DNA of 64,000 bases. Origin: an uncultured Candidatus Peribacteria bacterium. GTDB lineage: Bacteria > Patescibacteriota > Gracilibacteria > RBG-16-42-10. The position numbers and the translations under genes were made by a program. The first letter of the stretch is position 1; each line of letters begins with the position of its first letter. The notes below the pieces were generated by a model that searched no databases, was not told where the DNA came from, and worked only from the letters and a program-made list of their open reading frames with translations. Shown piece by piece: positions 7,885 to 18,148 of the stretch. Location of the stretch: NCBI GenBank assembly GCA_964512325.1, contig CAZEGN010000001.1, positions 17,517 to 81,516 of the forward strand, given 5' to 3'.

Positions 7885-10365
7885 ATGGCTAAAAATCTTG
7901 TCATTGTTGAGTCACCGGCTAAGGCCCAAACAATTAGTAAATTCTTAGGCAAAGACTTTATTGTCCGCGCCTCTTTTGGACATATTCGTGATTTGCCCAA
8001 ATCAAAATTAGGGGTCGACCCTGAACACAACTTCGAGCCGACCTATGTTGTATCGAAGGAAGCACGCACACAAAAAGCCGTAAAGGATTTAAAAGAGCAA
8101 TTAAAAAAAGTGGATACTGTTTGGATTGCAACAGATCCGGATCGTGAAGGTGAAGCAATTGGCTGGCACCTCACCCAAGCCCTACCCATTAAGAAGACAC
8201 AAAAAACACATCGTGTCACTTTTCATGAAATTACGAAACAAGCTATTCTCCATTCACTGGAGAATCCGCAAACAATCAATATCAACCTTGTCGACGCCCA
8301 ACAGGCTCGTCGCATTTTGGATCGTATTGTAGGTTATGAACTATCACCGCTGCTGTGGGAGAAAATTCGATATGGCTTATCTGCGGGCCGTGTCCAATCA
8401 GTGGCAGTGCGCTTAATTGTTGAACGTGAGCGTGAAATTAAAGCGTTTATTCCAGAGGAAAGCTGGAGCATTACCGGGCAATTTCATACCACAGACAAAC
8501 AGAGTTTTTCTGCTCAGCTTACTAACATCAAAAGTAAAAAGGCCCAATTACACGTCGAGGCTGATACAAAGCCTATACTAGAAGATGTGAAACCACTACC
8601 ACGCACGGGAATTGTCGAGAATGTAGAAGAGAAAGAAAAAAAACGCTATCCTGCTCCTCCATTTATTACATCCACTTTACAACAAGAAGCTTCTCGAAAA
8701 CTGGGATTCTCGGTGAAACAAACCATGATGATTGCCCAGCAACTGTATGAGGGTGTAGATTTGCCTGAGGGACGCGCAGGTTTAATTACTTACATGCGTA
8801 CTGATTCGGTCAACTTAGCGAGTGTTGCTGTGCAAGAAATGCGCCGCCTGATTGAAAAGAATTATGGCGCAGAGTATGTGCCAGCTCAAGCACGTCACTA
8901 TCGCAGTGGCAAACAAGCACAAGAAGCTCATGAAGCGATACGTCCAACCCGCATTGAGCTAACACCTGATTACTTAGCAGAAAAAGGACTATTAGATGGA
9001 CAGCAACTTGCCCTTTACCGCATCATCTGGCAACGCACTATTGCCTGCCAAATGGCCGAAGCAAAACTCAAACAAGTAAGTGCAGACATTCAAGTTAATG
9101 GCACACAATCCAACTATACTTTTCATACTACCGGCCAGGTTATTACCTTCCCTGGATTTATTAAAGTATATCGTGAGGATTTTGATAGTGTTGAGGAAGC
9201 GAGTGAAGATGAAGAGAGCATTTTACCACCAGTAAAAAATGGCGATCATGTGAACCTGCAGGAGATTATTCCCAATCAGCATTTCACCAAGCCACCAGCT
9301 CGCTACACCGAATCCAGCTTAATCAAAAAGCTGGAACATGAAGGCATAGGTCGCCCAAGTACCTATGCTCCAACTATATCCACTATTATTGCGCGTGGCT
9401 ATGTTGAAAAAGATGGCAAAACTCTTTTCCCAACTGACACTGGCGAAGTAGTAAATGATTTCTTAGTAAAATTCTTTGAGGCATATGTGAATATGCATTT
9501 CACAGCACAAATGGAACAAAAGCTAGATGATATTGCTGACGGAAAAGTAAAGTGGGTCGATATCGTAAAAGATTACTATCACCCACTTCATAAAGCGATT
9601 GCTGACAATAAAGAAAGCATTGCGAAAGCTGATGTGATTAGCGAGCAAACCGATGAAAAGTGTGACGTTTGCGGTGCTCCTATGGTTATCAAGCTCAGCC
9701 GCTTTGGCAAGTTCCTTTCATGCTCACGTTACCCTGACTGCAAAAATGCCAAAGCAATGGATGGTAAAGAAATGATGACGGATATCGCTATCGGTACCGA
9801 TCCTGAGAGCAAACTTGCTATTGTTCTTAAAAATGGTCGCTATGGTCCATATCTGCAACTCGGTGAAGATGAAGGCAAGGTTAAAGCGAAAAAAGTTTCA
9901 ACTGCATATGGTCCTAAACTCATACCGATTTCGCCCAGCATTCACAATCCGCCCACGCTTGAAGAAGCATTACAGCTACTAGCTCTACCTCGAATATTAG
10001 GCAAGGATGAAACAACGGATATTTCTGTGGGCATGGGCCGTTTTGGACCATATATCAAGAAGGGTAGCGAATACCGCTCAATCCCAAAAGAAAAAGATAT
10101 TTTGACCATCACACTAGAAGAAGCAAAGGAATTGTTAGCAGCACCAAAAACCAGTGGACGCCGTAGTGCGGAGGCACTAAAAGAGCTAGGCACTAGTCCA
10201 AAAACTAAGAAAGCAGTCAAAATCATGAAAGGTCGCTTTGGTCCGTATATCACGGATGGATCTAAGACTTTTGCCTCTATTCCTAAAGACACTGAGATTG
10301 AAGATATCACACTAGAACAAGCTTTAGAGCTGCTTGCTAAGAAAAAGCAGAAAAAAAGCAAATAG
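7885..10365 (+). CDS. topA: DNA topoisomerase I
   Basis: Toprim LVIVESPAKAQTISKFLG and DPDREGEAIGWH. Active-site region ITYMRTDS. One C4 zinc ribbon (CDVCGAPM...CSRYPDC) and three GRxGPY C-terminal repeats. Confidence 0.95.
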   Translation: MAKNLVIVESPAKAQTISKFLGKDFIVRASFGHIRDLPKSKLGVDPEHNFEPTYVVSKEARTQKAVKDLKEQLKKVDTVWIATDPDREGEAIGWHLTQALPIKKTQKTHRVTFHEITKQAILHSLENPQTININLVDAQQARRILDRIVGYELSPLLWEKIRYGLSAGRVQSVAVRLIVEREREIKAFIPEESWSITGQFHTTDKQSFSAQLTNIKSKKAQLHVEADTKPILEDVKPLPRTGIVENVEEKEKKRYPAPPFITSTLQQEASRKLGFSVKQTMMIAQQLYEGVDLPEGRAGLITYMRTDSVNLASVAVQEMRRLIEKNYGAEYVPAQARHYRSGKQAQEAHEAIRPTRIELTPDYLAEKGLLDGQQLALYRIIWQRTIACQMAEAKLKQVSADIQVNGTQSNYTFHTTGQVITFPGFIKVYREDFDSVEEASEDEESILPPVKNGDHVNLQEIIPNQHFTKPPARYTESSLIKKLEHEGIGRPSTYAPTISTIIARGYVEKDGKTLFPTDTGEVVNDFLVKFFEAYVNMHFTAQMEQKLDDIADGKVKWVDIVKDYYHPLHKAIADNKESIAKADVISEQTDEKCDVCGAPMVIKLSRFGKFLSCSRYPDCKNAKAMDGKEMMTDIAIGTDPESKLAIVLKNGRYGPYLQLGEDEGKVKAKKVSTAYGPKLIPISPSIHNPPTLEEALQLLALPRILGKDETTDISVGMGRFGPYIKKGSEYRSIPKEKDILTITLEEAKELLAAPKTSGRRSAEALKELGTSPKTKKAVKIMKGRFGPYITDGSKTFASIPKDTEIEDITLEQALELLAKKKQKKSK

Positions 10366-10478
10366 AGATTAGATCATGGGCATTACAAGCATACCAATGA
10401 TTTTGCAGTAGCAATGAATGACAAACATTCATATTTCTGCTATTAGTGCTCCGGATTTTTATTATTGAAAGACAAAAA

Positions 10479-13400
10479 ATGGGAACACTTCACCGCATTG
10501 AAGATGCAAGATCAAAAACCACTCCTTTGCTAGCTGGCGCCCCAGCGGTGATTGCAACTGCACGAGCTGACATTGTTGCTATAAAAGCAACTCCAGCTCC
10601 TGAAGTTCGAGATGATGATGAAGGTGAAGCAGCAGCCGTTTCTGGATTTTTTGCAAAAAAAACTCTTCCTATTCCTGGCAAGGTTCTGCCAATTACACCT
10701 CCGAAAATCCCCCCTACTTCAATGGTGGAATTAGCAGAAACAATTACGTTAAGAAGCCTACGGTTAGAGGAATGTGAGGATATGGCTTTCACCATATCAG
10801 ATCTAGAGCCAGATGAAATTACTGATAGTGATCGAAAAGTGATTGCTGAAGCGGGTAGCATATTTCAGCATACAGCGCCTGGTAGTACTCATGCATTTGA
10901 CCGCTTGATCACCGCAAATATTGCTCGCACTGAACGCAACTATTTGCTCAAGGCTTATCAGTTAATCCGCAACAAAAAGCTTGCACGAACTAACTCTGCT
11001 GAAAACAAAACAGTTGATGTAAGAGCATATGTCAACAAGCACCGACCTCTCGTCAGTAAGCTAGCACAAGATCTAGTTTATCAAATGTTAGAAAGACCCG
11101 ATGACAGATCTTTCTTAACGCTAGCGGCGTTTGCGGCTTTGCCTTATACAGCAAGCAGAGACGCAGCAACAGCTCTCCGCAAAGCCCTTATGGATGAGTG
11201 CACAACACTTGAGGCGAGCAATAAGCTGTACTGGAAACAAAAGAAAGCCGCCCTCATCTGTCTTGCCGAGAGAACAATTGACGGTGTAAAAGGCACGCCC
11301 CCTCCTATTCCTACTCAAAAAAGATTTTTTGAAAAAGTCTTAGCAGAAGTTTGGGAAACAAGAAAGCTGTCACCCACGATTATTGATGAGGTCACTCCCG
11401 CAAATGCAACTGTCGAAGATCGTGATGAAATGAGTTTGAATGACTTTACCCTTTCTCCGACAGACAAGGCTCTTTTTTCGGCAGTAGAGAGATTTCAACG
11501 TGCAGCAACAAGTAGTGTTAGCTCCCCGCTGCATTATTATGATGCACTTACCCATGCCGCTGCTGCTTATCCAAGACAGGCGCAGGCTTTTGTTCGATTG
11601 GCACATATAGCTCAACCCAAATCAGCTGCACATGCCAACATTGATCAAGCGACATTGGAAACACGGTATGCTAACCAGATAAAGTCTTTGGCACTAAGAG
11701 TGGTGTACCACAAAGCACAAGAGGCTCAAGATTACTATACCGATGCTGCACTAGCTAGTATTCCTGGTGAGCTTTCTGCTCAAAATAGAAAACATCTGAG
11801 GACACTACTAGTAGCAGAGATAGCTAAGCTAGAAAAAATAGGAGTAAAAAAACTATTGGAAATGGAGCGCTGTGCCAGCGATGCTGCCTTCGCCGCTGTT
11901 ACTGATCCGCTAAGACATATTCAACTATTACTTGACGCTCGCGCACAGTTTTCATCAACAGAAGAGCAGGATGTGTTCCAACATGTACTTCATATAGTAA
12001 AAGCGGACTTAGCGACTTTCGCTGAAGAAATTAAAGTGATCAAGACCAATAGTCGTGCAGAGAAAAAAAGCATGACCACTAAATTTCACGAAGACATTGC
12101 AATCAAAAAACGCAGCCACACCCTCACTAGTGCTCAAGCAGCTAACTTTCGAGCATTGTATAAACTTGCTAGTCAAGATATAGGCTCACTCTTTGCGTTC
12201 CTTGAAGGTCTCCCCACCCTTGATCAAGCAGATAAAGCTTATGTAACGGCACTCGCCCGTTATGTGGCACTCGCTTTTGACCGCGAAAATAAAGCGGCGA
12301 TAATGCAGAAAGTAGACAAATTGCTATACAATGAAAGCATGCGCAATCAGTTTGAATTAGCACTAAATATTGCTGTCACCCACCAGGAAAGGCTAACAAA
12401 TTTTGTTTTAGCGACAATTGAACAAATATCGCAAAACCCTAGTCATCATCAGGAAATTCTTTTTGAAGCGGTCAGGAATCTACAAGTAAATGATTATCGC
12501 GACTTCTATTCTTTATATGATCGTTTCAAACATTTGATCAGGCCTCGTAATAGACCTTACGCTCCTTTTCAAGCTCCGCCCGAAGAGCCCAACAGATTTG
12601 AAATGCTTACCGTACATGGCCAACAAGCTGCAAAACTCGTTGCCAAAGCAGCACCAGGTGTTACAACTGCAGCTAAATGGCTCGTCCTTGCTGGAGCACT
12701 AGCTTTTGATAGTTCCGGAATAGAGGCGTCATCAACTATGAAGTTAGCACCAGTAGAAAGCGTTGATTATTCGCGCACACCTGAAACTGCCCTACTGCGC
12801 AGTTTCACATCTTCGCCTCATAGTGTATTCATGGGCTTTAATCGAACAGGTCAAGCACGCGCCTATGTTGTAGATGGACCAGCTCCCCAAGGAGTTGAAG
12901 CCATAACTGCACATGCCGGTGAAGTTGTTTATTCACCACTGGAATTCACCATTGAGTATGAGCCGGTCAATGTTCACTCAGCCTTATATGGATTCATGCG
13001 TCGCCCAAGCTTCCTCCGCGCATATCCTCAATACCAAGCTGGACCTCGAGATCAGAGCTTATTGTTAAGCAATGCTACAGGTCGACTTCGTTATATTCAA
13101 TCACATATTGCGATGGGAGATAAAATCACCTTGGGTTTCAATGCCCAAGGCAACATCGTGATTTCTCGTTGGCGCCGTGATGCAACAGAACTCGTGTCAC
13201 AGCCTATTGTCATTGATTGTTCACGTTTGCCTAATCTTGGCAATTTTGCACTAAATGGCTCTGCACCATCACGACCAGCATTGCAAATGACACCTATTAA
13301 CATTTCTCCTACCCCTACAACTGCATATGCACAATTAGAGAAAGAAATAGCCACAACGAAGGTTGTAGCTACTTCTGTGCAGCGTGCAACTACTGGTTGG

Positions 13401-13490
13401 TGGACTGAAGTAAAACAAGCAGTGAGCAGAAATTTGCATCTTACTATTGCGTCTAGTAAGAATTTGATGCATAGAATATTTAGGTACTAG
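10479..13490 (+). CDS. large (about 1000 aa) mostly alpha-helical hypothetical protein with one late hydrophobic segment
   Basis: Uninterrupted ORF with no family motif that I recognise. Start is ATG at 10479 (the track ORF begins at GTG 10446). Hydrophobic AAKWLVLAGALAF lies near residue 740. The next gene starts 13 nt downstream. Confidence 0.6.
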   Translation: MGTLHRIEDARSKTTPLLAGAPAVIATARADIVAIKATPAPEVRDDDEGEAAAVSGFFAKKTLPIPGKVLPITPPKIPPTSMVELAETITLRSLRLEECEDMAFTISDLEPDEITDSDRKVIAEAGSIFQHTAPGSTHAFDRLITANIARTERNYLLKAYQLIRNKKLARTNSAENKTVDVRAYVNKHRPLVSKLAQDLVYQMLERPDDRSFLTLAAFAALPYTASRDAATALRKALMDECTTLEASNKLYWKQKKAALICLAERTIDGVKGTPPPIPTQKRFFEKVLAEVWETRKLSPTIIDEVTPANATVEDRDEMSLNDFTLSPTDKALFSAVERFQRAATSSVSSPLHYYDALTHAAAAYPRQAQAFVRLAHIAQPKSAAHANIDQATLETRYANQIKSLALRVVYHKAQEAQDYYTDAALASIPGELSAQNRKHLRTLLVAEIAKLEKIGVKKLLEMERCASDAAFAAVTDPLRHIQLLLDARAQFSSTEEQDVFQHVLHIVKADLATFAEEIKVIKTNSRAEKKSMTTKFHEDIAIKKRSHTLTSAQAANFRALYKLASQDIGSLFAFLEGLPTLDQADKAYVTALARYVALAFDRENKAAIMQKVDKLLYNESMRNQFELALNIAVTHQERLTNFVLATIEQISQNPSHHQEILFEAVRNLQVNDYRDFYSLYDRFKHLIRPRNRPYAPFQAPPEEPNRFEMLTVHGQQAAKLVAKAAPGVTTAAKWLVLAGALAFDSSGIEASSTMKLAPVESVDYSRTPETALLRSFTSSPHSVFMGFNRTGQARAYVVDGPAPQGVEAITAHAGEVVYSPLEFTIEYEPVNVHSALYGFMRRPSFLRAYPQYQAGPRDQSLLLSNATGRLRYIQSHIAMGDKITLGFNAQGNIVISRWRRDATELVSQPIVIDCSRLPNLGNFALNGSAPSRPALQMTPINISPTPTTAYAQLEKEIATTKVVATSVQRATTGWWTEVKQAVSRNLHLTIASSKNLMHRIFRY

Positions 13491-13503
13491 TTATACTCGT
13501 TTT

Positions 13504-14583
13504 ATGTGTCCGACACGATTGGATCACGCGCAACCTACTCCCGTAGATCGGTATGTAGAATTAGCAGAAGATGTAAGAAACGACTTGCAAGGCCTAGTTG
13601 CTCCTCAACCTTGGCAATCTGTCTTATTGAGACCTCGTTTGCCCTGGGGTAGCTTGTCACCCAGTTTTCAACGCAAAAATAAAAAGTACTTACATATCGC
13701 CTGTCCAGTCGGATCGCCAACCGCTTTCGCACCAATACCCGTTGTCCCAGAAGGAATTATCTTTGAAAACCAGCACACAAGAATTGAAAAAGTCACAGTG
13801 CTTTCAGGTGGCAGTAAGGCGCTCACGGCAGTATTAAAGACAGCCCAGCCGGGTTCAGAAATAGGAGTGGGTATGTTGCAAGTTGAGAAAACCATTGCTG
13901 CACACGTAATTGCTACCGAACTCCTACCGCCATTGGTACAACCATTAGCAATTTGCACAGAAGGCATTGTCTATGAATTTATCTCTGACAATCAAGGAAA
14001 GCCTGCACCTACCTTACAACAGAAATTAAGACAACGCGATATCGACATTTCTACCTGGAAAAACGTAATGACAATGATTGCACGCGCGATGCAATTATTA
14101 CACGCTCATGAATTGTCATATTTAGATTTAAAGGCGGATCATATATTAATTGATGGTAATGGCCAGGGCCGACTAATAGATCTTGGTAGTATCCGTCGAT
14201 ATGGCGATTTAATCGATCCCCATGAAGGGCTGATCACAAATAGCCAGACTTATAATCCTGCGGAAATCATTGAGACACAGCGACTGATTGCTGCTCAAGA
14301 TGTTCCCGACAAAAAAGCATTTGGGTTGGTTATTGCCCAAAGTTTGAACTACTTTCCCGATTCCAGACAAAAACGATGGCTATCGTTATTAGCGGAACAT
14401 CTCATAGACGCAGTAAAACATCCATTTCCCATGACAAGTGTGAGTGAATTGGGCGAGTTTCGTGATGCTTACCATTTCTCTTGGGATATGATTATTCAAG
14501 CATTAAATCACACCCCAACAACTCGTGGAGCAATCAAGGAGACTTTAATATCACCCAAACGCCCAGATCCAAGGCGAGACTAA
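13504..14583 (+). CDS. divergent eukaryotic-like (Hanks-type) protein kinase-fold protein
   Basis: Catalytic-loop-like HAHELSYLDLKADHILID (Asp at 14125-14127; His replaces the usual Asn). DFG-like IDLGS (Asp 14179-14181). APE-like NPAEII. Possible VAxK Lys in TAVLK. No TM segment. Confidence 0.6.
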   Translation: MCPTRLDHAQPTPVDRYVELAEDVRNDLQGLVAPQPWQSVLLRPRLPWGSLSPSFQRKNKKYLHIACPVGSPTAFAPIPVVPEGIIFENQHTRIEKVTVLSGGSKALTAVLKTAQPGSEIGVGMLQVEKTIAAHVIATELLPPLVQPLAICTEGIVYEFISDNQGKPAPTLQQKLRQRDIDISTWKNVMTMIARAMQLLHAHELSYLDLKADHILIDGNGQGRLIDLGSIRRYGDLIDPHEGLITNSQTYNPAEIIETQRLIAAQDVPDKKAFGLVIAQSLNYFPDSRQKRWLSLLAEHLIDAVKHPFPMTSVSELGEFRDAYHFSWDMIIQALNHTPTTRGAIKETLISPKRPDPRRD

Positions 14584-14642
14584 TTGGCTGCTTCGGATAT
14601 TTCATGCTATAACTGATTTGGTTTTTACTCTTTTAAACCTTT

Positions 14643-14921
14643 ATGCCCAAAAAACAATCTTCAACACCCAGTAATAAGTACGGCATTAGTAATTTAAACT
14701 TTGGTCGCCCTGGCTTTAGCCTCGAAGCACCAAGTGTTTCTTTGCAAAAAGAGGAAAAAAAGACCGAAACCAGCAAAAGCAAACCAAGTACCAAGAGCAA
14801 AACCAGCAAAACGACTGCAAGCAAACCCTCTACTAAAGTCAGTGCACCAAAAATGAATACAAAGAAGTCTCAGAACGCACCTAAGACTGCGATTAGAAAA
14901 GCAGCAGGAAGAGGCAAGTAG
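14643..14921 (+). CDS. small Lys/Ser/Thr-rich basic protein (hypothetical)
   Basis: 92 aa with low-complexity SKSKPSTKSKTSKTTASKPSTK and a strongly basic composition. Coding status is plausible but not proven. Confidence 0.4.
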   Translation: MPKKQSSTPSNKYGISNLNFGRPGFSLEAPSVSLQKEEKKTETSKSKPSTKSKTSKTTASKPSTKVSAPKMNTKKSQNAPKTAIRKAAGRGK

Positions 14922-14924
14922 AAA

Positions 14925-15045
14925 ACGAAGTGTGAGCGGAAGTGGGAGGTTAGCATGTGGAATGAGTACCCTCTGCTTCGACAGTGCTCAGGACGCCGTG
15001 TTCCGCTCCAATCGGATTACGAGTGCGAGCGGATTTGTCTCTGAT
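14925..15045. repeat. GC-rich intergenic element related to the 19.1-kb element
   Basis: cttcgacagtgctcaggacg...ttccgctccaatcggattacga parallels cttcgacaggctcagggcag...ttcgctccgatcaggatgacga at 19122-19174. There is an internal complement gagcggaa / ttccgctc. Confidence 0.6.
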
Positions 15046-15053
15046 TCTCCCCC

Positions 15054-15081
15054 CATTTTGAATCTTGAATTTTGAATTATT
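15054..15081. repeat. heptanucleotide tandem array (AATCTTG/AATTTTG type, 4 units)
   Basis: Units are cattttg aatcttg aattttg aattatt. The array lies 10 nt 3' of the thrS stop, between convergent genes. Confidence 0.85.
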
Positions 15082-15091
15082 CTTTGCTCTT

Positions 15092-16855
15092 TTAATTCAG
15101 TGTCTTCAACATTCTCTTTTCAATTTCTTCTGCAATCATTTCCTGGAACATGGCTACTTTCATTACTTCTTGCTTCTTGGTATGGAAATTTCGGGCTGCA
15201 ACACTGTCTTGTTCCATTTCTTTATCACCAATCACTAGCATATAAGGCACTTTTTGCATTTCAGCTTCACGAATACGCTTGCCTAAGCTTTCATTTCGAT
15301 CATCAATCGCCACTCGCACATTGGCAGTACGCAGGCTTGCTGCCACTTTATGAGCAAAGTCATGATGTGCTTCGGCAATTGGAATGATTTGAACCTGTAA
15401 TGGGGAGAGCCAGGTGGGGAAGGCACCAGCAAAGTGCTCAATCATTACCCCCATAAAGCGTTCAATTGAACCGGAAATAGCACGGTGAATCACCACGGGA
15501 CGCTCTTTTTCGCCATTTTCATTTGTAAATGAAAGGTCAAAACGCACTGGCAAATTAAAGTCACATTGAATTGTGGCTAGTTGCCACTCACGGCCAATGG
15601 CATCCTTAAACATAAAATCAAGTTTAGGCCCGTAGAAAGCAGCCTCACCCTCACCTATCTTGTAAGGCAGGTTCTCTTCTTCACATACCTGCTTCAAAGC
15701 CCCTTCAGCAGTATTCCAAACCTCGTCAGAGCCTAAATACTTTTCTTTATGAGCATTATCGCGGATAGATAATCGCACCCAATAGCCCTCAAGCATGCCC
15801 ATAGTGGTGTAAAACTCTTTGATAATACCAGCAATGGTCTTAATCTCTTGACCGATTTGGGTTACACGACAGAAGAGATGGCCATCATCTTGGGTGATAG
15901 ATCTGACGCGAGTAAGCCCACCTAACTGGCCAGACTTCTCATCACGATAAACAGTGGCAGGCTCAAAGTATCTTATTGGCAAATCACGATATGAAAACTG
16001 ATTGTCACCAAAAATCTGCATGTGATGAGGGCAATTCATTGGTTTCATAATGAAATCCTCCTCCTTGCCCTTTACCCGAAACAGCTCATCACCAAATTTT
16101 TCAGCATGACCGGAAGTCACATATAAATCTAGCTTAGCAATATGTGGTGTCCAAACCCGCATATAGCCTTTATCTTTGTGCAGTTCCCACAAGTACTCTT
16201 CTAATTCACGGCGGATCATGGCGCCACGCGGCTGCAGTAATGGTAATCCGGCTCCAACCAGCGTTGAAGAAGTAAAGAGTTTCAGTTGTTGTCCCAACAA
16301 ACGGTGATCACGTTTTCTTGCTTCTTCTTGTTGGGTTAAAAATGCATCCAGCTCTGCTTTAGTCTCAAAGCAAAGTCCATAAATTCTTTGCAACATTTTA
16401 TTATTTTCATTGCCACGCCAGTAAGCTCCAGCAATCTTAGTCAACTTAAATGCCCCCATTTCCTTAGTATTATTCAAATGAGGCCCTTCACACATATCGA
16501 CAAATACATCTCCATTTTTATAGAAAGATATCTCCTTAACATCTAAGTCCTCTGCCATTTCAACCTTGTAGTCCTGTTTTATGCTCTTTAAAAACTCAAT
16601 TGCCTTGTCTTTTGGCTCATAATATAGCTCAAATGGCAAAGCCATATTGATATACTTCTTCATCTTTTTCTCTAGCAATTCCAAATCTTCTGGAATTAAA
16701 GTTCTTGGCAAATCAACATCATAATAAAAGCCATTTTCTACAGTTGGACCGATTGCTAATTTAGCATCTGGAAACAGCTCCATTACTGCCATTGCTAGCA
16801 CATGAGCGGCACTATGACGCATGCGCTCAATTTTTGAATCATCTTTTGTAGACAT
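15092..16855 (-). CDS. thrS: threonine--tRNA ligase (lacks the N-terminal TGS domain)
   Basis: Starts at the editing-domain motif RHSAAHVLAMAV. Also contains MKPMNCPHHMQIF and RVRSITQDDGHLFC, plus a class II core and anticodon-binding domain. Confidence 0.95.
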   Translation of the reverse strand: MSTKDDSKIERMRHSAAHVLAMAVMELFPDAKLAIGPTVENGFYYDVDLPRTLIPEDLELLEKKMKKYINMALPFELYYEPKDKAIEFLKSIKQDYKVEMAEDLDVKEISFYKNGDVFVDMCEGPHLNNTKEMGAFKLTKIAGAYWRGNENNKMLQRIYGLCFETKAELDAFLTQQEEARKRDHRLLGQQLKLFTSSTLVGAGLPLLQPRGAMIRRELEEYLWELHKDKGYMRVWTPHIAKLDLYVTSGHAEKFGDELFRVKGKEEDFIMKPMNCPHHMQIFGDNQFSYRDLPIRYFEPATVYRDEKSGQLGGLTRVRSITQDDGHLFCRVTQIGQEIKTIAGIIKEFYTTMGMLEGYWVRLSIRDNAHKEKYLGSDEVWNTAEGALKQVCEEENLPYKIGEGEAAFYGPKLDFMFKDAIGREWQLATIQCDFNLPVRFDLSFTNENGEKERPVVIHRAISGSIERFMGVMIEHFAGAFPTWLSPLQVQIIPIAEAHHDFAHKVAASLRTANVRVAIDDRNESLGKRIREAEMQKVPYMLVIGDKEMEQDSVAARNFHTKKQEVMKVAMFQEMIAEEIEKRMLKTLN

Positions 16856-17009
16856 AGAGTTTAAACTTAGAGTAGTGAGATAAGGAGTTTGCGTAACAAT
16901 AGAAATTGACGAAAGCGGCGCTATACTAGCACAACCTCGAATAATTCTGAATGCAACACTTTTCTTGGCCCTCCAATCGAGACCAAATTAGTCAACCCCG
17001 CTTTGAGTG

Positions 17010-17642
17010 TTAACCTACATTCGCTCGCAGTAGTTGCAGCGCCTCTTTTCGATTTACTGCTTCAAATAAATAGTTTCCTGTGACCAAGATGTCAGCACCA
17101 GCGCTCTTCAGTAAGGCTGCATTTTCGGCGTTTATTCCACCATCCACTGCAATAGTCGCCTCAGGAAAGTGTTTCCTAAGCCAACTCACTACTTGTACAG
17201 CTGATTCATTAAACTTTTGGCCGCTAAAACCAGGCTTCACACCCATAACCAAAAATGAATGCATGAAAGCTAAGTCCGCAATATGAGCTTCTAAATCATA
17301 ATCTAAACCAATTGCCAGCCCCGGTTCGGCACCTAAAGCAGTAATCGTATCAATGAGCACTTGCATATCTGCACGATTTTGCGGATGAAAATAGACAGTA
17401 TCAGTCGCCCGAACATGGAGCCAGCGTACTACCTCAATAGGATCAGCGACCATTAAGTGAATATCACGCCGGTATATTTCGGGAATGCTTTGAATTGTAC
17501 TGACTCCTAAAGCCAAATTCGGTACAAAATGACCATCCATGACATCGAGATGTAGACGATCAACCAAAGGGGCAACATCCTCAATTTCTTTTTCTAAGCA
17601 CAAAGGGTTTGCGGCTAACAATGAAGCAGAGATTTGAGTCAT
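17010..17642 (-). CDS. rpe: ribulose-phosphate 3-epimerase
   Basis: Contains HLDVMDGHFVPN, MGVKPGFSGQKF and VDGGI. The start is placed at Met18 (ATG 17642-17640), 1 nt after the rpiB stop. Confidence 0.9.
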   Translation of the reverse strand: MTQISASLLAANPLCLEKEIEDVAPLVDRLHLDVMDGHFVPNLALGVSTIQSIPEIYRRDIHLMVADPIEVVRWLHVRATDTVYFHPQNRADMQVLIDTITALGAEPGLAIGLDYDLEAHIADLAFMHSFLVMGVKPGFSGQKFNESAVQVVSWLRKHFPEATIAVDGGINAENAALLKSAGADILVTGNYLFEAVNRKEALQLLRANVG

Positions 17643-17643
17643 A

Positions 17644-18078
17644 TTATTCCAAAGCGGCGATTTTATTAACTCGACGCTCATGACGACCAGCACTAAATGG
17701 CGTAGTTAAAAATGCTTTCACCACGCTTTTCGCTGTTTCTTCATCCATAATGCGCCCCCCCATAGTGAGAACATTGGCATCATTATCGGCACGAATCAGG
17801 CGTGCCACCTCTACATTATTAGCAAAAGCAGCTCTAATACCCTTTATCTTATTTGCTGCAATGGCCATACCAGCACCTGTGCCACAAATAAGAACTCCTA
17901 AAGCGCTCGGATCCTCAACTACCTTCTCCGCCACTACTTTAGCAAAATCCGGATAATCATCAGTAATATCTCCTTGCGAACCGAAATCTTCTACTGCAAT
18001 ATCAAGCTCAGCTGCGACCGCTTTTACTGCTTCTCGCAAGGGAGTACCTGCATGATCATAAGCGAGATAAATCTTCAT
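17644..18078 (-). CDS. rpiB: ribose-5-phosphate isomerase B
   Basis: Contains MKIYLAYDHAG and LICGTGAGMAIAANK, with the size (144 aa) typical of RpiB/LacAB. Confidence 0.9.
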   Translation of the reverse strand: MKIYLAYDHAGTPLREAVKAVAAELDIAVEDFGSQGDITDDYPDFAKVVAEKVVEDPSALGVLICGTGAGMAIAANKIKGIRAAFANNVEVARLIRADNDANVLTMGGRIMDEETAKSVVKAFLTTPFSAGRHERRVNKIAALE

Positions 18079-18148
18079 ACTAAATTAAGTGAATACTAGC
18101 CAGAGTTAAAAAGCTCTAGTAGTTTAATTATAGCAAATTTTCTCTTCT

